The translations under genes were made by a program, and so were the position numbers. Below, piece after piece: positions 39,425 to 48,704 of a stretch of 64,000 nt of DNA. Position 1 is the first letter of the stretch. Every line of letters starts with the position of its first letter. Source of the DNA: Candidatus Bathyarchaeia archaeon (GTDB taxonomy: Archaea > Thermoproteota > Bathyarchaeia > Bathyarchaeales > Bathycorpusculaceae). The stretch is from positions 1-64,000 of the forward strand of contig JBMFOB010000002.1 in the NCBI GenBank assembly GCA_049969855.1. The letters are read 5' to 3'. Under the pieces are notes generated by a model, which was given only the letters and a program-made list of their open reading frames with translations, was not told where the DNA came from and did no database searches.

Positions 39425-40018
39425 ATGCAAGAAAATGAAAAGAAAAAAATTGAAGAAATCATGAAAAAAAATGAAGAAACAACAAAAAGGACAACAATAA
39501 TTTTGGAAAAAGAAGAAAGAGAATTCATCGACTCACTAATTAGAGAGGGAAAGGAGCCAGGCATAAAACCCTTAATCTCAAAAATGCTTGACGTTTACAG
39601 AAGCATGATGATTTATGACTGGCGGTTTCCAGGCGAATGCTATTGCGGCATAAGCCGAATGGCATTCATAAACGTGGAACTAATCAACATACTCATAAAC
39701 AACGTTCCAAAAGAAAAATGGCGCCAAATCGGAGTGAAAATGGGTGAAGCCGCAAAAGTTTCTATGGAAGCAACCTTGGGAATACAAACCGCAAACAGCG
39801 AGAAATGGCAAGAAGTTTTTAAACGCTTAAGAGTGCAGGGATTCGGCGACTTCTACCTAAGAGACAAGTACATTCTCATAAAAGCACCATTTATTAACGA
39901 AGCAGACATTTGGGCTGGTTTTTTGGAAGGCTTACTCAACATAGAAATCGACATAAAAACCTCCACTCCACCCTTTGTTTTCGAAGTCAAGGAAAAAATC
40001 CCACAGCAAACAAAATAA
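39425..40018 (+). CDS. Conserved hypothetical protein, possible regulator (RHH-like N-terminus)
   Basis: KRTTIIL strand-helix-helix start; GVKMGE...L...GFG pattern reminiscent of V4R/HNOB domains. Confidence 0.6.
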   Translation: MQENEKKKIEEIMKKNEETTKRTTIILEKEEREFIDSLIREGKEPGIKPLISKMLDVYRSMMIYDWRFPGECYCGISRMAFINVELINILINNVPKEKWRQIGVKMGEAAKVSMEATLGIQTANSEKWQEVFKRLRVQGFGDFYLRDKYILIKAPFINEADIWAGFLEGLLNIEIDIKTSTPPFVFEVKEKIPQQTK

Positions 40019-40077
40019 ACCACGCTAAAACTAAGGTTTACATGAGGCTAAAGCCTAAATTTAATGGAGAGAAATTA

Positions 40078-41139
40078 ATGGCATCACCTTTACATGAGGC
40101 AATGCTATACGAAAAATTAGAAAACAAGAAAGTTAAATGTAACTTATGCGGAAGAAGATGCATCATAAATGATGGGGGAACAGGTTTCTGTCTCGTGAGA
40201 AAAAATATTGGTGGAACCCTTTTTTCGCTTGTTTATGCTAAGGCTATATCAGCATGCATAGACCCTATAGAAAAGAAACCTCTTTCGCACTTTAATCCAG
40301 GAGCCCTAGTCATGTCAATTGCGACTGTTGGCTGCAACTTTCGCTGTCAGTTTTGTGACAACTGGATGATAAGCCAAGAGAAAAAAATAGCTGGCAAAGA
40401 TTTTCCAGCAGAAGAGGTTGTTAAAGCAGCAAGAGACAACGGTTGTCAAGGAATAAGCTATACCTATACAGAACCCACAGTATTTTTTGAATACGCCTAT
40501 GACACGGCTAAGTTGGCACATCAAGTGGGGTTTTTCAACACTTTTGTAACAAATGGTTACATGACGCCGGAAGCTGTTAAAACGATAGCGCCATATTTGG
40601 ACGCTGCCACAGTGGATTTTAAAGGCGGTGGAGACTCAGAATTTTATAAGTCTTTTTCGTCTGTTCCTTCTGTTGAGCCTATTTATGATTCTTTGAAGGA
40701 AATGAAAAGGAATGATATTCACGTTGAAATAACAAATCTTGTCGTGCCCAAGATTGGAGATTCCATTGAAAGAATAAAGGAGCTTGCAGCTTGGATAAGG
40801 GAAAATCTTGGCAAGGACACGCCTTTTCATCTATTACGCTTTCATCCAGACTATCAGTTGACAACAATTCCGTCAACTTCCATTGAAACTTTAGAGAAGG
40901 CTTATGCTGCTGCAAAGGATGAGGGATTAAATTATGTCTATATTGGTAATGCGCCGGGGCACCCTTGGGAAAACACTTATTGTCCAAACTGTAACGAGTT
41001 GTTGATTAAGCGTTTCAGTTTTGAGATTACAAGGTGGAATTTGACGAAGGATATGCGCTGTCCAGTTTGCGGACAAGAAATTCCAATTAGGGGCAAATTG
41101 CATCCAAGCGGATATGCTTATCCTTATGCTTTGTTTTAA
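40078..41139 (+). CDS. amrS: AmmeMemoRadiSam system radical SAM enzyme
   Basis: C.LC.RRC, DPIEKKPL.HF.PG, GCNFRCQFCDNW.ISQ, YTYTEP, RFHPDY, YVYIGN, T.CP.C; start ATG 40078 (ORF track 39910). Confidence 0.9.
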   Translation: MASPLHEAMLYEKLENKKVKCNLCGRRCIINDGGTGFCLVRKNIGGTLFSLVYAKAISACIDPIEKKPLSHFNPGALVMSIATVGCNFRCQFCDNWMISQEKKIAGKDFPAEEVVKAARDNGCQGISYTYTEPTVFFEYAYDTAKLAHQVGFFNTFVTNGYMTPEAVKTIAPYLDAATVDFKGGGDSEFYKSFSSVPSVEPIYDSLKEMKRNDIHVEITNLVVPKIGDSIERIKELAAWIRENLGKDTPFHLLRFHPDYQLTTIPSTSIETLEKAYAAAKDEGLNYVYIGNAPGHPWENTYCPNCNELLIKRFSFEITRWNLTKDMRCPVCGQEIPIRGKLHPSGYAYPYALF

Positions 41140-41146
41140 TGGTTTA

Positions 41147-41200
41147 TGTGTGTGCGACGGCTGATAGCCCGTCTATTTGGAGCTTAATAGGCGTTTGGTT
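41147..41200 (+). repeat. 54-bp dispersed hairpin repeat, copy 2
   Basis: TGTGTGTGCGACGGCTGATAGCCCGTCTATTTGGAGCTTAATAGGCGTTTGGTT; inverted copy at 33460..33513. Confidence 0.8.
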
Positions 41201-41362
41201 GTGGGGTGAATGTGTGTTTATTGGTTATTTTGGATAGGGAAAGCGTCGCCTTTTGTTGTTAGGTTCTAATCATACTCTCTGTCTCGCATATCATTGTAGA
41301 AAGGTTTAAATATACTGCTTCGTTTGAACCATTCTGCTTTTCCGTGAGGGGAATCTAAGAAT

Positions 41363-41608
41363 TTGCAGAGAATAGGTCGAGTTCTCCACTTAAGTTCAAG
41401 CCGAAACCTTATAGTGAAAATTGAAAACACTCCAAGAATTGGCGAAACAGTCGTCGACGAAAATTTAACGACCGTTGGAAAGGTTTTCGACATATTTGGT
41501 CCAGTTTCCTCGCCCTACGCAGCAATAAAGCCAACCTTGCCAGAAGCTGGGAAATTGGCGGGTAAGGTGTTGTATGTTTTCCCCTCAAAAGGAGAAAGGA
41601 GAAGATAA
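41363..41608 (+). CDS. gar1: H/ACA RNP component Gar1
   Basis: [20 protein letters not shown]; directly upstream of tfb. Confidence 0.9.
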   Translation: MQRIGRVLHLSSSRNLIVKIENTPRIGETVVDENLTTVGKVFDIFGPVSSPYAAIKPTLPEAGKLAGKVLYVFPSKGERRR

Positions 41609-41610
41609 AA

Positions 41611-42585
41611 GTGAGCGATGATAGTGAAGGGCATGAGGATTCTGACCCTGCATTAGAAGCGCAGCATGTTGAGCCTTCAAAGGTTCAGCGTTGCCCAGAA
41701 TGTGGCAGTACAAGGCTTATGCGGGATTATGAATGCGCCGAAATAGTTTGTATGGACTGCGGTTTCGTGGTAGCAGCAAAAATAGCTGATAGGGGACCGG
41801 AATGGCGGGCTTTTGATGATGAGCAGAGGGCTAAAAGGACAAGGGTTGGGGCTCCCCTAACTTATACAATACATGATAAGGGCTTATCAACGATGATTGA
41901 TTGGCATGACCGAGACATTTATGGAAAAAGTTTGTCGCCTGGACAAAAGGCACAGGTTTATAGGCTTAGAAAATGGCAGCGGCGCATAAGAGTTTCTGAT
42001 GCAACTGAACGCAACCTTGCCTTTGCACTGTCTGAAATAACAAAATTCGCCAATAACTTAAGTCTTCCAAAAAACATTCTTGAAACAGCCTCCGTCATCT
42101 ATAGAAAAGCTGTGAAAGAAAGACTGATTCGGGGAAGGTCCATTCAAGGCGTAACTGCTGCAGCAATTTATTTGGCTTGTAGGCAGTGCGGATTGGCTAG
42201 AACTTTGGAAGAGATAGCGCAAGCGTCCAATGTGAATAAGAAGGAGGTTGGTCGCAGTTACCGTTTCCTCATAAAAGAGCTTGACTATTCTATTCCTCCT
42301 CTTAAGCCAAGCCAATACATAACCAAGTTTTCAAATCAGTTAACAATGCAGGGGAAAGTTGAAGAAATTGCCCATAAAATTTTAACTGCGGCAAAAGAGC
42401 TTAAACTAACCTCTGGGCGCGGTCCCACGGGCATTGCTGCAGCTGCAAGTTACATAGCTTCTGTGTTGACTGGTGAGCGAAAAACGCAGAGGGAAATAGC
42501 TGAAATAGCGCAGGTGACAGAAGTTACTATTCGAAACCGCTACAAGGAACTCGTTGAGAGGTTAATGTTTCAAATAACTATCTAA
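41611..42585 (+). CDS. tfb: Transcription initiation factor TFB
   Basis: CPECG..C.DCG Zn ribbon, GPEWRAF, HDKGLST, two cyclin repeats, [12 protein letters not shown]. Confidence 0.97.
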   Translation: MSDDSEGHEDSDPALEAQHVEPSKVQRCPECGSTRLMRDYECAEIVCMDCGFVVAAKIADRGPEWRAFDDEQRAKRTRVGAPLTYTIHDKGLSTMIDWHDRDIYGKSLSPGQKAQVYRLRKWQRRIRVSDATERNLAFALSEITKFANNLSLPKNILETASVIYRKAVKERLIRGRSIQGVTAAAIYLACRQCGLARTLEEIAQASNVNKKEVGRSYRFLIKELDYSIPPLKPSQYITKFSNQLTMQGKVEEIAHKILTAAKELKLTSGRGPTGIAAAASYIASVLTGERKTQREIAEIAQVTEVTIRNRYKELVERLMFQITI

Positions 42586-42661
42586 ACCTTCTCTTCCCTT
42601 TTTCTGAATTTTACTCAGCTTTGTGCAAGTGTGTCTTTAAAGGAGTTCTTCTTCTTCGCAG

Positions 42662-42937
42662 CTAGTGCATTCTTCGCTGGAATTTCTCCTCTTCTTTTTC
42701 TTCCAATAAAGGAGTTGTAGCCTCTAGGAGTTCTTGGAGAAATTCCTGTGGAATCTTCTCTTTTAATGTTTTTGCTTCTTTTTTCAACTTGTTTACTTCA
42801 TTTTCTAAATCCTTTGCTTTTTCACTTAACTCCACAATTTCTTTAAGTTGTCCTATTTCCTCCAAAAGTGTGCTTTTCTCCTTTTCTAACGCCCTAATTC
42901 TTTCTTCCAACTTAGTTTTCATTTCAGTGGCTTTCAT
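42662..42937 (-). CDS. Coiled-coil hypothetical protein (C-terminus possibly frameshifted; alternative stop at 42637)
   Basis: Heptad E/K-rich 91 aa; AGGTGAGG SD. Confidence 0.7.
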   Translation of the reverse strand: MKATEMKTKLEERIRALEKEKSTLLEEIGQLKEIVELSEKAKDLENEVNKLKKEAKTLKEKIPQEFLQELLEATTPLLEEKEEEKFQRRMH

Positions 42938-43059
42938 AACTCCCTCACCTTTCTCATTTTACATTTCAAGGGTTTGCAATTAATAATTTATTCTTTGGTT
43001 ATACTTTTTTGCAAAACACATTTTAACTTTAAATGACAATTATTATAGAGGGTTTATAT

Positions 43060-43488
43060 TTGGTTAAATGTCCAAAATGTGGCTTTGAAGTAGCTGCCCC
43101 AATTAAGACTTGGCCTATTCCTTCGAGGAAACCATTAAAGGAGGGCGAAGCTGAACTTGTTATGGGAATATTTGAATGTCCAAGTTGTAAAGCGAGATTT
43201 AGGTCTGCCTTAACCGTTGAAACTGGGGTTGAGGAGAGAGTAAGTATTAAAAATATGGTTGAAAGAATTAAGGGTATAAAGGGAGAGCTTATGCAGACTT
43301 TAAAGAATCTCCGCGAAAAAATAAAGACTTTGGAAACTGAACGGGCAAATTTGATGATTGAAATTGAAAAATTGAAGAAAGTTGCTGAGTCGAGGGTTAA
43401 TGCCCTTGAAAGCGAAGTAAGCATGCTTCGGGAAGAAGTGAAATCTCTAAGAGACCTTCTTGGGTATTCGGAGGAAACCGAAAAATAA
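43060..43488 (+). CDS. Cren7-like Zn-ribbon domain fused to a long coiled coil
   Basis: KCPKCG...PIKTWPI...MGIFECPSCKARFR resembles the Cren7 pattern P.K.W....IGLF..P..G..FR; about 85-aa heptad C-terminus; TTG start 43060 (ORF track 43033). Confidence 0.65.
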   Translation: MVKCPKCGFEVAAPIKTWPIPSRKPLKEGEAELVMGIFECPSCKARFRSALTVETGVEERVSIKNMVERIKGIKGELMQTLKNLREKIKTLETERANLMIEIEKLKKVAESRVNALESEVSMLREEVKSLRDLLGYSEETEK

Positions 43489-43519
43489 CGCTGACGTTCA
43501 GTTAAAGGGCTTTTTAAAA

Positions 43520-43924
43520 TTAGGCTTTCAAATACTTTTTATAATATTCTTGAGCTTTGGCTACGGCTTTCTCTGGGTTTTTCAATATTGAATATTTTGT
43601 GTTTGGCGAAATCTTTTCGCATTCGCTGAAATATTCTACAACTTTTTTTACGTTTCCTTCATAAATGGCTAAGCCGCCTGCAATTTCATACCATGTTTTG
43701 GCTCTGATGAAATCCTTTTCTTTCTCAAATTTTTTGGCATTTTCAGCAGCTTCCTTCATTGAGGTTGTTATTTTTCTGGGGTCAAGGAACATCGTGTTAT
43801 GTAGTGCTTCGTATGTTTCTTTGTCGTCTCCGCAGATTTGTTCAAGTTCAGTTGTTGTTTTTGCAGTTTCGGTATCCGTTTTCTTTTCTTCTTTTTTCTT
43901 TCTAAATCTGTCAAGTATACCCAA
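43520..43924 (-). CDS. Hypothetical protein (TPR-like helix)
   Basis: 134 aa, MGILDRFRKKK start, GAGGAGG SD. Confidence 0.7.
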   Translation of the reverse strand: MGILDRFRKKKEEKKTDTETAKTTTELEQICGDDKETYEALHNTMFLDPRKITTSMKEAAENAKKFEKEKDFIRAKTWYEIAGGLAIYEGNVKKVVEYFSECEKISPNTKYSILKNPEKAVAKAQEYYKKYLKA

Positions 43925-44027
43925 TATTGTTCCTCCTCTATTTTCGACATTTTCGTGTTTTATCTATTTTGAGACATTAGTATGAGTAACAGTTAATTTT
44001 AAAGGTTTGTTGCCTATAAAGTATTTT

Positions 44028-44642
44028 ATGCCATACAAGTTCACCTTTGACCTTTCGAGGGTTCCTCGCTTCTTTTTTACGGAAGTTGCTAGAGTTGGAT
44101 TTGAGAAGGGTGTTCATAAAAAGGTTAGCAAAACAATGCAGGATATGATTAAAAAGTTTAGAATTCAGGAGATAACGGGTCTCAACTTGTCTGATGCTGT
44201 TTTTCTTCTCCAAGACCTTATAGACATGCAGGCTAGAAACCTTTTAGAGAGGGAAAGGTTTGAGCAAGCGAGAAAAAGGGCTCTTTTTCTGCCGCATTGT
44301 TCTAGGAAGTATATGGATAATCGTTGTAAGGCAAATTTTGACCCTACCATTCCATCTTACAGTTGTGCGCATTGCTCCCCAGACTGCCTAATTAATAAGG
44401 CGGTGCTTCTGGCTGAGAAAAAAGGTTATGACGTTTACATATTGCCTGGTGGTTCTTGTGTTCAGAAAATTTTAAAAAGTAGGCATTATGATGGTGTCGT
44501 TGGAGTTGCTTGTGGCGAAGAAATAAGGTTAAGCGGAGAAACATTGAGCGATTTAAAGGTTGCTGGTCAAGCGGTTCCTCTAATAAAGAATGGCTGTGCA
44601 AACACCATTTTTAACCTTGAAACTTTGTCAAACATTCTTTGA
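44028..44642 (+). CDS. DUF116 family protein
   Basis: LFLPHC.R...C.A, C..C..DC, YILPGGS, GVAC, GC.NT. Confidence 0.85.
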   Translation: MPYKFTFDLSRVPRFFFTEVARVGFEKGVHKKVSKTMQDMIKKFRIQEITGLNLSDAVFLLQDLIDMQARNLLERERFEQARKRALFLPHCSRKYMDNRCKANFDPTIPSYSCAHCSPDCLINKAVLLAEKKGYDVYILPGGSCVQKILKSRHYDGVVGVACGEEIRLSGETLSDLKVAGQAVPLIKNGCANTIFNLETLSNIL

Positions 44643-44711
44643 TAGCATATGAAGAGAATGCCCGTTTCCTTCAAAAAAGGAAGGGGGTCGGAAGGAGATA
44701 CCAGTGTGATT

Positions 44712-44762
44712 TTACTTTGTCTTCTTTGTCTTTTTAGTTGTCTTCTTGGTCTTACAAGCCAC
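44712..44762 (-). CDS. Putative 16-aa Lys/Thr-rich micropeptide MACKTKKTTKKTKKTK
   Basis: GTG start 6 nt after a GAGGTG SD; TAA stop; downstream pyrimidine/T-tract; upstream CGAAAG-TTACATATA promoter-like element. Confidence 0.5.
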   Translation of the reverse strand: MACKTKKTTKKTKKTK

Positions 44763-44870
44763 TGCTTACACCTCAAAACTGCATTTATAAGTATGGATTT
44801 TTCGGTATATGTAACTTTCGCATTCAATGGCAAGATAACTTTAATGGATAAATTAAGGTTTATAAGAAAA

Positions 44871-45032
44871 TTACTTTACAAGTTCTCTTTTCTTCCAGCG
44901 CAAGTTTTTGCTTCGGCATTTTCTGCATTTAACTGCAGTTGCAGCATTTCTGGCGCCGCATTCTCTGCATATTTTCATGTATAATCTGTGTTTTTGTGCG
45001 AGAGTTTTTTTAAGTGGGTCCATTATTGGCAT
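44871..45032 (-). CDS. rpl40e: 50S ribosomal protein L40e
   Basis: Manual translation MPIMDPLKKTLAQKHRLYMKICRECGARNAATAVKCRKCRSKNLRWKKRELVK; below the ORF-track length cutoff. Confidence 0.95.
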   Translation of the reverse strand: MPIMDPLKKTLAQKHRLYMKICRECGARNAATAVKCRKCRSKNLRWKKRELVK

Positions 45033-45109
45033 TTTGTTAGCCTCTGTTTGGATGGCTAAGACTGAGATACTATACTGGAAAATATACTTTTTGCATTTTA
45101 CAAGCTGTT

Positions 45110-45994
45110 TTACAGCCTTTTCAAACTGTGAATTTCCGTTAACAACTCGGCTGCGTCGCTTGGTTTTTCAGCAACTTTCACTTTGGCTTTCTTGAAGGCT
45201 TCTATTTTGCTTTCTGCAGTTCCAGCTTTTCCCATAACTATTGCTCCGGCGTGTCCCATGCGTTTTCCAGGTGGGGCGGAACGTCCAGCTATGAAGGCTA
45301 CGACTGGTTTTGGATACTTTTCTTTTTGTATGTATTCTGCAGCGAGTTCTTCGAGGTTGCCGCCTATTTCCCCTATCAAAACAACGGCGTCTGTTTGCGG
45401 GTCTTCATTGAACATTTTTAGTGCGTCTATGAAGTTTAAACCTGTTATTGGGTCTCCTCCCAAGCCGAGGCATGTGGATTGTCCAAAGCCTTTTCTTGTT
45501 AGGCTTGCTGCGATTTCATATGTCAGGGTTCCGCTTCTTGAAACCATTCCTATGTTGCCTTTTTTGAAAATGTGGGCTGGCATTATTCCAAGTTTGCTTT
45601 CTTCGGGCGTGATTATTCCAGGCGTGTTGGGTCCAATTATTGTTGCTTTTAGCTGCTTTGCCGTTGCCATCAGGTTTATTGCGTCTTTTATTGGGATATG
45701 CTCCGTTATTATTACAATGGTTTTTATTCCATTTTCTAATGATTCTAAAGCGGCGTCTGCCGCAAATGGGGCTGGAACAAAAATTATTGAGGCGTTTGCT
45801 GAATGTTTTTCTTTGGCTTCTTCCACAGTGTCATAAACCGGAATGTCATGGACTTGGGTTCCGCCTTTTCCTGGGGTTACTCCCGCCACTATTTTTGTTC
45901 CGTATTCTAGCATGAGTTTTGTGTGGAAGCTTCCTTGGGTTCCAGTTATGCCTTGAACTATGGCTTTTGTGTTTTTTCCGATTATTATTCCCAA
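45110..45994 (-). CDS. sucD: Succinyl-CoA ligase alpha subunit
   Basis: [37 protein letters not shown]; TTG start just after sucC (ORF track 46027). Confidence 0.95.
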   Translation of the reverse strand: MGIIIGKNTKAIVQGITGTQGSFHTKLMLEYGTKIVAGVTPGKGGTQVHDIPVYDTVEEAKEKHSANASIIFVPAPFAADAALESLENGIKTIVIITEHIPIKDAINLMATAKQLKATIIGPNTPGIITPEESKLGIMPAHIFKKGNIGMVSRSGTLTYEIAASLTRKGFGQSTCLGLGGDPITGLNFIDALKMFNEDPQTDAVVLIGEIGGNLEELAAEYIQKEKYPKPVVAFIAGRSAPPGKRMGHAGAIVMGKAGTAESKIEAFKKAKVKVAEKPSDAAELLTEIHSLKRL

Positions 45995-45995
45995 A

Positions 45996-47144
45996 TTATT
46001 CTCCTCCATGTCTTGAGATTTCGACAACTTTCTGCGCTGCTTCTTCCATGCTTTCTAAAACGTGGATTCCAGCTTCTTTCAGTATCCTTTTTCCTTCTTC
46101 TTCGTTTGTGCCCACAAGCCTAATAACCATGGGTTTTGTTACGCCAACTTTTGTTTTTGCTTCTAGGATTCCCTTTGCAACTTCGTCGCATCTTGTTATT
46201 CCGCCTAAAATGTTTATGAATAATGCCTTAACATTTTTGTCTGAAAGCACTATTTTTAGGGCTGTGGCTATTTTCTCTGCTGGTGCTCCTCCGCCTACGT
46301 CTAAGAAGTTGGCTGGTTTTCCGCCGTAATATTGGATTGTGTCTAAGGTTGCCATTACCAAGCCTGCGCCGTTGCCTATGACGCCTATATTTCCGTTCAG
46401 TTTTACGTAGGCTAAATCGTTTTTTATGGCTTCTATTTCTTCTGGCGTGAGTTCGCTTTCGCCTTCTAACAGTCTCTTTTTGTATTCTTGGTGGCGGAAT
46501 AAGGCATTATCGTCAATTATTATGCGGGCGTCTGCTGCCACAAATTTTCCATCACCAGTCTCCACGAGCGGGTTCATTTCGATTAATTCTGCATCATAAT
46601 CCATGCCAATCTTATACAATGTTTCAAAGATTCTTGCAATTTCTGAAAGTTGACCGCCAGCATATCCCATTTTTCTTGCTATTTGTCTGGCGTGAAAAGA
46701 ATGAAAGCCTTGTTGCGGATTTATGGGGAATTTTATGACTTTTTCTGGAGATTGTTGAGCTACTTCTTCTATTTCCATTCCGCCGACAGAAGAGGCTATT
46801 GCAACATAGCTTTGGTTAAATCTGTCTGTTGTTATGCCAAAATAAAGTTCCCTTTTTATCTTTATTTGCTCTTCAATCCACACGCTTTTTACTGGTATAC
46901 CCTTTATCTGCATGTTAAGCAATTTCTCAGCAGCCTTCTCAACCCCTTCAATGGAGTCTGTGAAAAGGATTCCGCCGGCTTTTCCCCTTCCAGCAACCAG
47001 CACTTGTGCCTTAACTGCGAATGGTGGTTTTATTTGGCTTGCCACTTCTCTGGCTTGGCTTGGGCTTGTGGCTAATCCTCCTTTTGGTGTTGGTATTCCG
47101 TATTTGGCGAGGATGTTTTTTGCTTCATATTCAAATAGTTTCAT
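45996..47144 (-). CDS. sucC: Succinyl-CoA ligase beta subunit
   Basis: MKLFEYEAK, KAQV..GRGKAGG, EMNPL, GNGAGL.MAT.D, PANFLDVGGG. Confidence 0.96.
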   Translation of the reverse strand: MKLFEYEAKNILAKYGIPTPKGGLATSPSQAREVASQIKPPFAVKAQVLVAGRGKAGGILFTDSIEGVEKAAEKLLNMQIKGIPVKSVWIEEQIKIKRELYFGITTDRFNQSYVAIASSVGGMEIEEVAQQSPEKVIKFPINPQQGFHSFHARQIARKMGYAGGQLSEIARIFETLYKIGMDYDAELIEMNPLVETGDGKFVAADARIIIDDNALFRHQEYKKRLLEGESELTPEEIEAIKNDLAYVKLNGNIGVIGNGAGLVMATLDTIQYYGGKPANFLDVGGGAPAEKIATALKIVLSDKNVKALFINILGGITRCDEVAKGILEAKTKVGVTKPMVIRLVGTNEEEGKRILKEAGIHVLESMEEAAQKVVEISRHGGE

Positions 47145-47157
47145 TTTGGCTTTTCCC

Positions 47158-47631
47158 TCACTTTATTGCTTCTATTGTGACGTAGGATTTTGTGTCTTGT
47201 ATACCATCAATAGCAGACAGCTTTTTTAAAACTTCGTCGAGTTTTCCTCTGTCAACTATTAATAAAGCGTCAACATCGCCTGCAATTCTGAAGGCTCTTT
47301 GGAGTGTGAGTTCTTTAACTTTCTCGTAAGCGTACATTCGCTTGTGGGGTGAAACCTTAAGTAAAACAAACGCTGGATTTGACGATATTCCAAGCGCATC
47401 TAACCCTTTTTCGGTTACATCTATGAAGCCTCTTCCAGTGCGTATATAGTTCAAGTCTCGGAGTTTTCGAAGGTGAATGTTTAAGGCTTGTCTGCTTATT
47501 CCAAGCTGTTTTGCCAACTCATCCTGTTTTACATGTAGAGTGTATGTGTTTGTGGATTTTCCTCTCTCGTAAAGCATCCGCAACAGTTGAACGGAACGCC
47601 TCGTAAGCGCTTCCAAAGATAATTCCTTCAT
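47158..47631 (-). CDS. Lrp/AsnC-like wHTH transcriptional regulator
   Basis: QDELAKQLGISRQALN.HLRKL HTH; C-terminal RIAGDVD...TKSYV RAM-like domain. Confidence 0.8.
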   Translation of the reverse strand: MKELSLEALTRRSVQLLRMLYERGKSTNTYTLHVKQDELAKQLGISRQALNIHLRKLRDLNYIRTGRGFIDVTEKGLDALGISSNPAFVLLKVSPHKRMYAYEKVKELTLQRAFRIAGDVDALLIVDRGKLDEVLKKLSAIDGIQDTKSYVTIEAIK

Positions 47632-47829
47632 TTTTAGTATTTTGTTAAGTTGAAGCTTTACAATAGTACCGCTTATTTAAAAGTTTAGCAAAAAGAAAGT
47701 GCAAAATTACATTATTTTTTGGGTTTTTATTTTATTGAATAGAAGTAAAAACCGTAACATATTTATTTATCGATAAAAAAGGTTATGAAGCCATAGAAAA
47801 TGTGAAAAATAGGAGTGAGGCGGTCCAAA

Positions 47830-48108
47830 ATGTCAGAAAGCAACTCAGTGCTGATCGGGAGAAAGCCAGTAATGAACTATGTACTGGCTTGCATAACCCT
47901 CTTTCACGGCGGAGCAAAAGAAGTGAATATTAAAGCAAGGGGAAGAGCCATAAGCCGAGCAGTTGACGTCGTTGAAGTTGTCAGACGCCGATTTCTACCC
48001 GACGTGAAAATCAAGAAAGTTGGTGTGGGAACAGAGCAGGTGGCACCCAGAGAAGAGGGTGGCACGCCCACAAACGTCAGCACCATCGAGATAACGCTGG
48101 AACGCTAA
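47830..48108 (+). CDS. albA: DNA/RNA-binding protein Alba
   Basis: [33 protein letters not shown]. Confidence 0.96.
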   Translation: MSESNSVLIGRKPVMNYVLACITLFHGGAKEVNIKARGRAISRAVDVVEVVRRRFLPDVKIKKVGVGTEQVAPREEGGTPTNVSTIEITLER

Positions 48109-48177
48109 AGCAGTAGTTCGCGCAAAATTTGCAATGCTCCGCCGCCCCTCCTTTATTTGTGGAGGGCGCATTTCTAG

Positions 48178-48687
48178 GTGAAAACAGAATTATGCAGTTT
48201 CTGTTTAAAGAGCGGGATACTGTGCCAAAAGTGTTTAGCTAAAGTTAAGTCTGGCGAAATAACAGAATTAGATTTGAAAATTGCCCGTTTGTTGTTGGCT
48301 TTAGAGGAAAAGTATCCTTCCCTTCAGAATGTTTATTTTCATAAGGCTGTTGATGCCGACAAAACTTTGGCAGTAATCGTTGGACCAGGCGATGTTCCCC
48401 GTCTTTTAGGTTATGGCGGCAAAATAATAAAGGCATTGGGCGAAGAAGTTGGCAGAAGTATTCGTGTTTTGGAGTATGGGGTTGATGATAGGAAATTTTT
48501 GGAGGATTTGTTTGCGCCTCTGAGCATAGTGACTATTAACACTATTTGGCTGCCTGATGGAACCACTGAAACCAGGGTAATCCTAAAAAAGAGGCGTGGT
48601 TCGCAGCCGCCTTTTGATGTAAAAGCTTTAAAGGAGATTGCTCGTAAAGTTCGCAACATAACTTTGCGAGTTGAATTTGCAGATTAG
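48178..48687 (+). CDS. NusA-like KH-domain protein with N-terminal Cys cluster
   Basis: C..C.KSG.LC..C, LLGYGGKII (KH GxxG), IN.IWLPDG. Confidence 0.8.
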   Translation: MKTELCSFCLKSGILCQKCLAKVKSGEITELDLKIARLLLALEEKYPSLQNVYFHKAVDADKTLAVIVGPGDVPRLLGYGGKIIKALGEEVGRSIRVLEYGVDDRKFLEDLFAPLSIVTINTIWLPDGTTETRVILKKRRGSQPPFDVKALKEIARKVRNITLRVEFAD

Positions 48688-48704
48688 AGGTTTGGCGATA
48701 AGCT

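Noticed and set aside
33460-41200. CRISPR array or composite transposon
   Set aside because: Only two distant repeat copies, no spacers or cas genes, no transposase, and core ribosomal genes lie between them
44649-45195. Plus-strand ORFs 44649..44984 and 44908..45195
   Set aside because: Antisense shadows of rpl40e, the micro-ORF and the sucD end
45183-45836. Long antisense ORFs (here and within cdc48, mat and aEF-2)
   Set aside because: Mirror frames of well-conserved genes with no recognisable motifs
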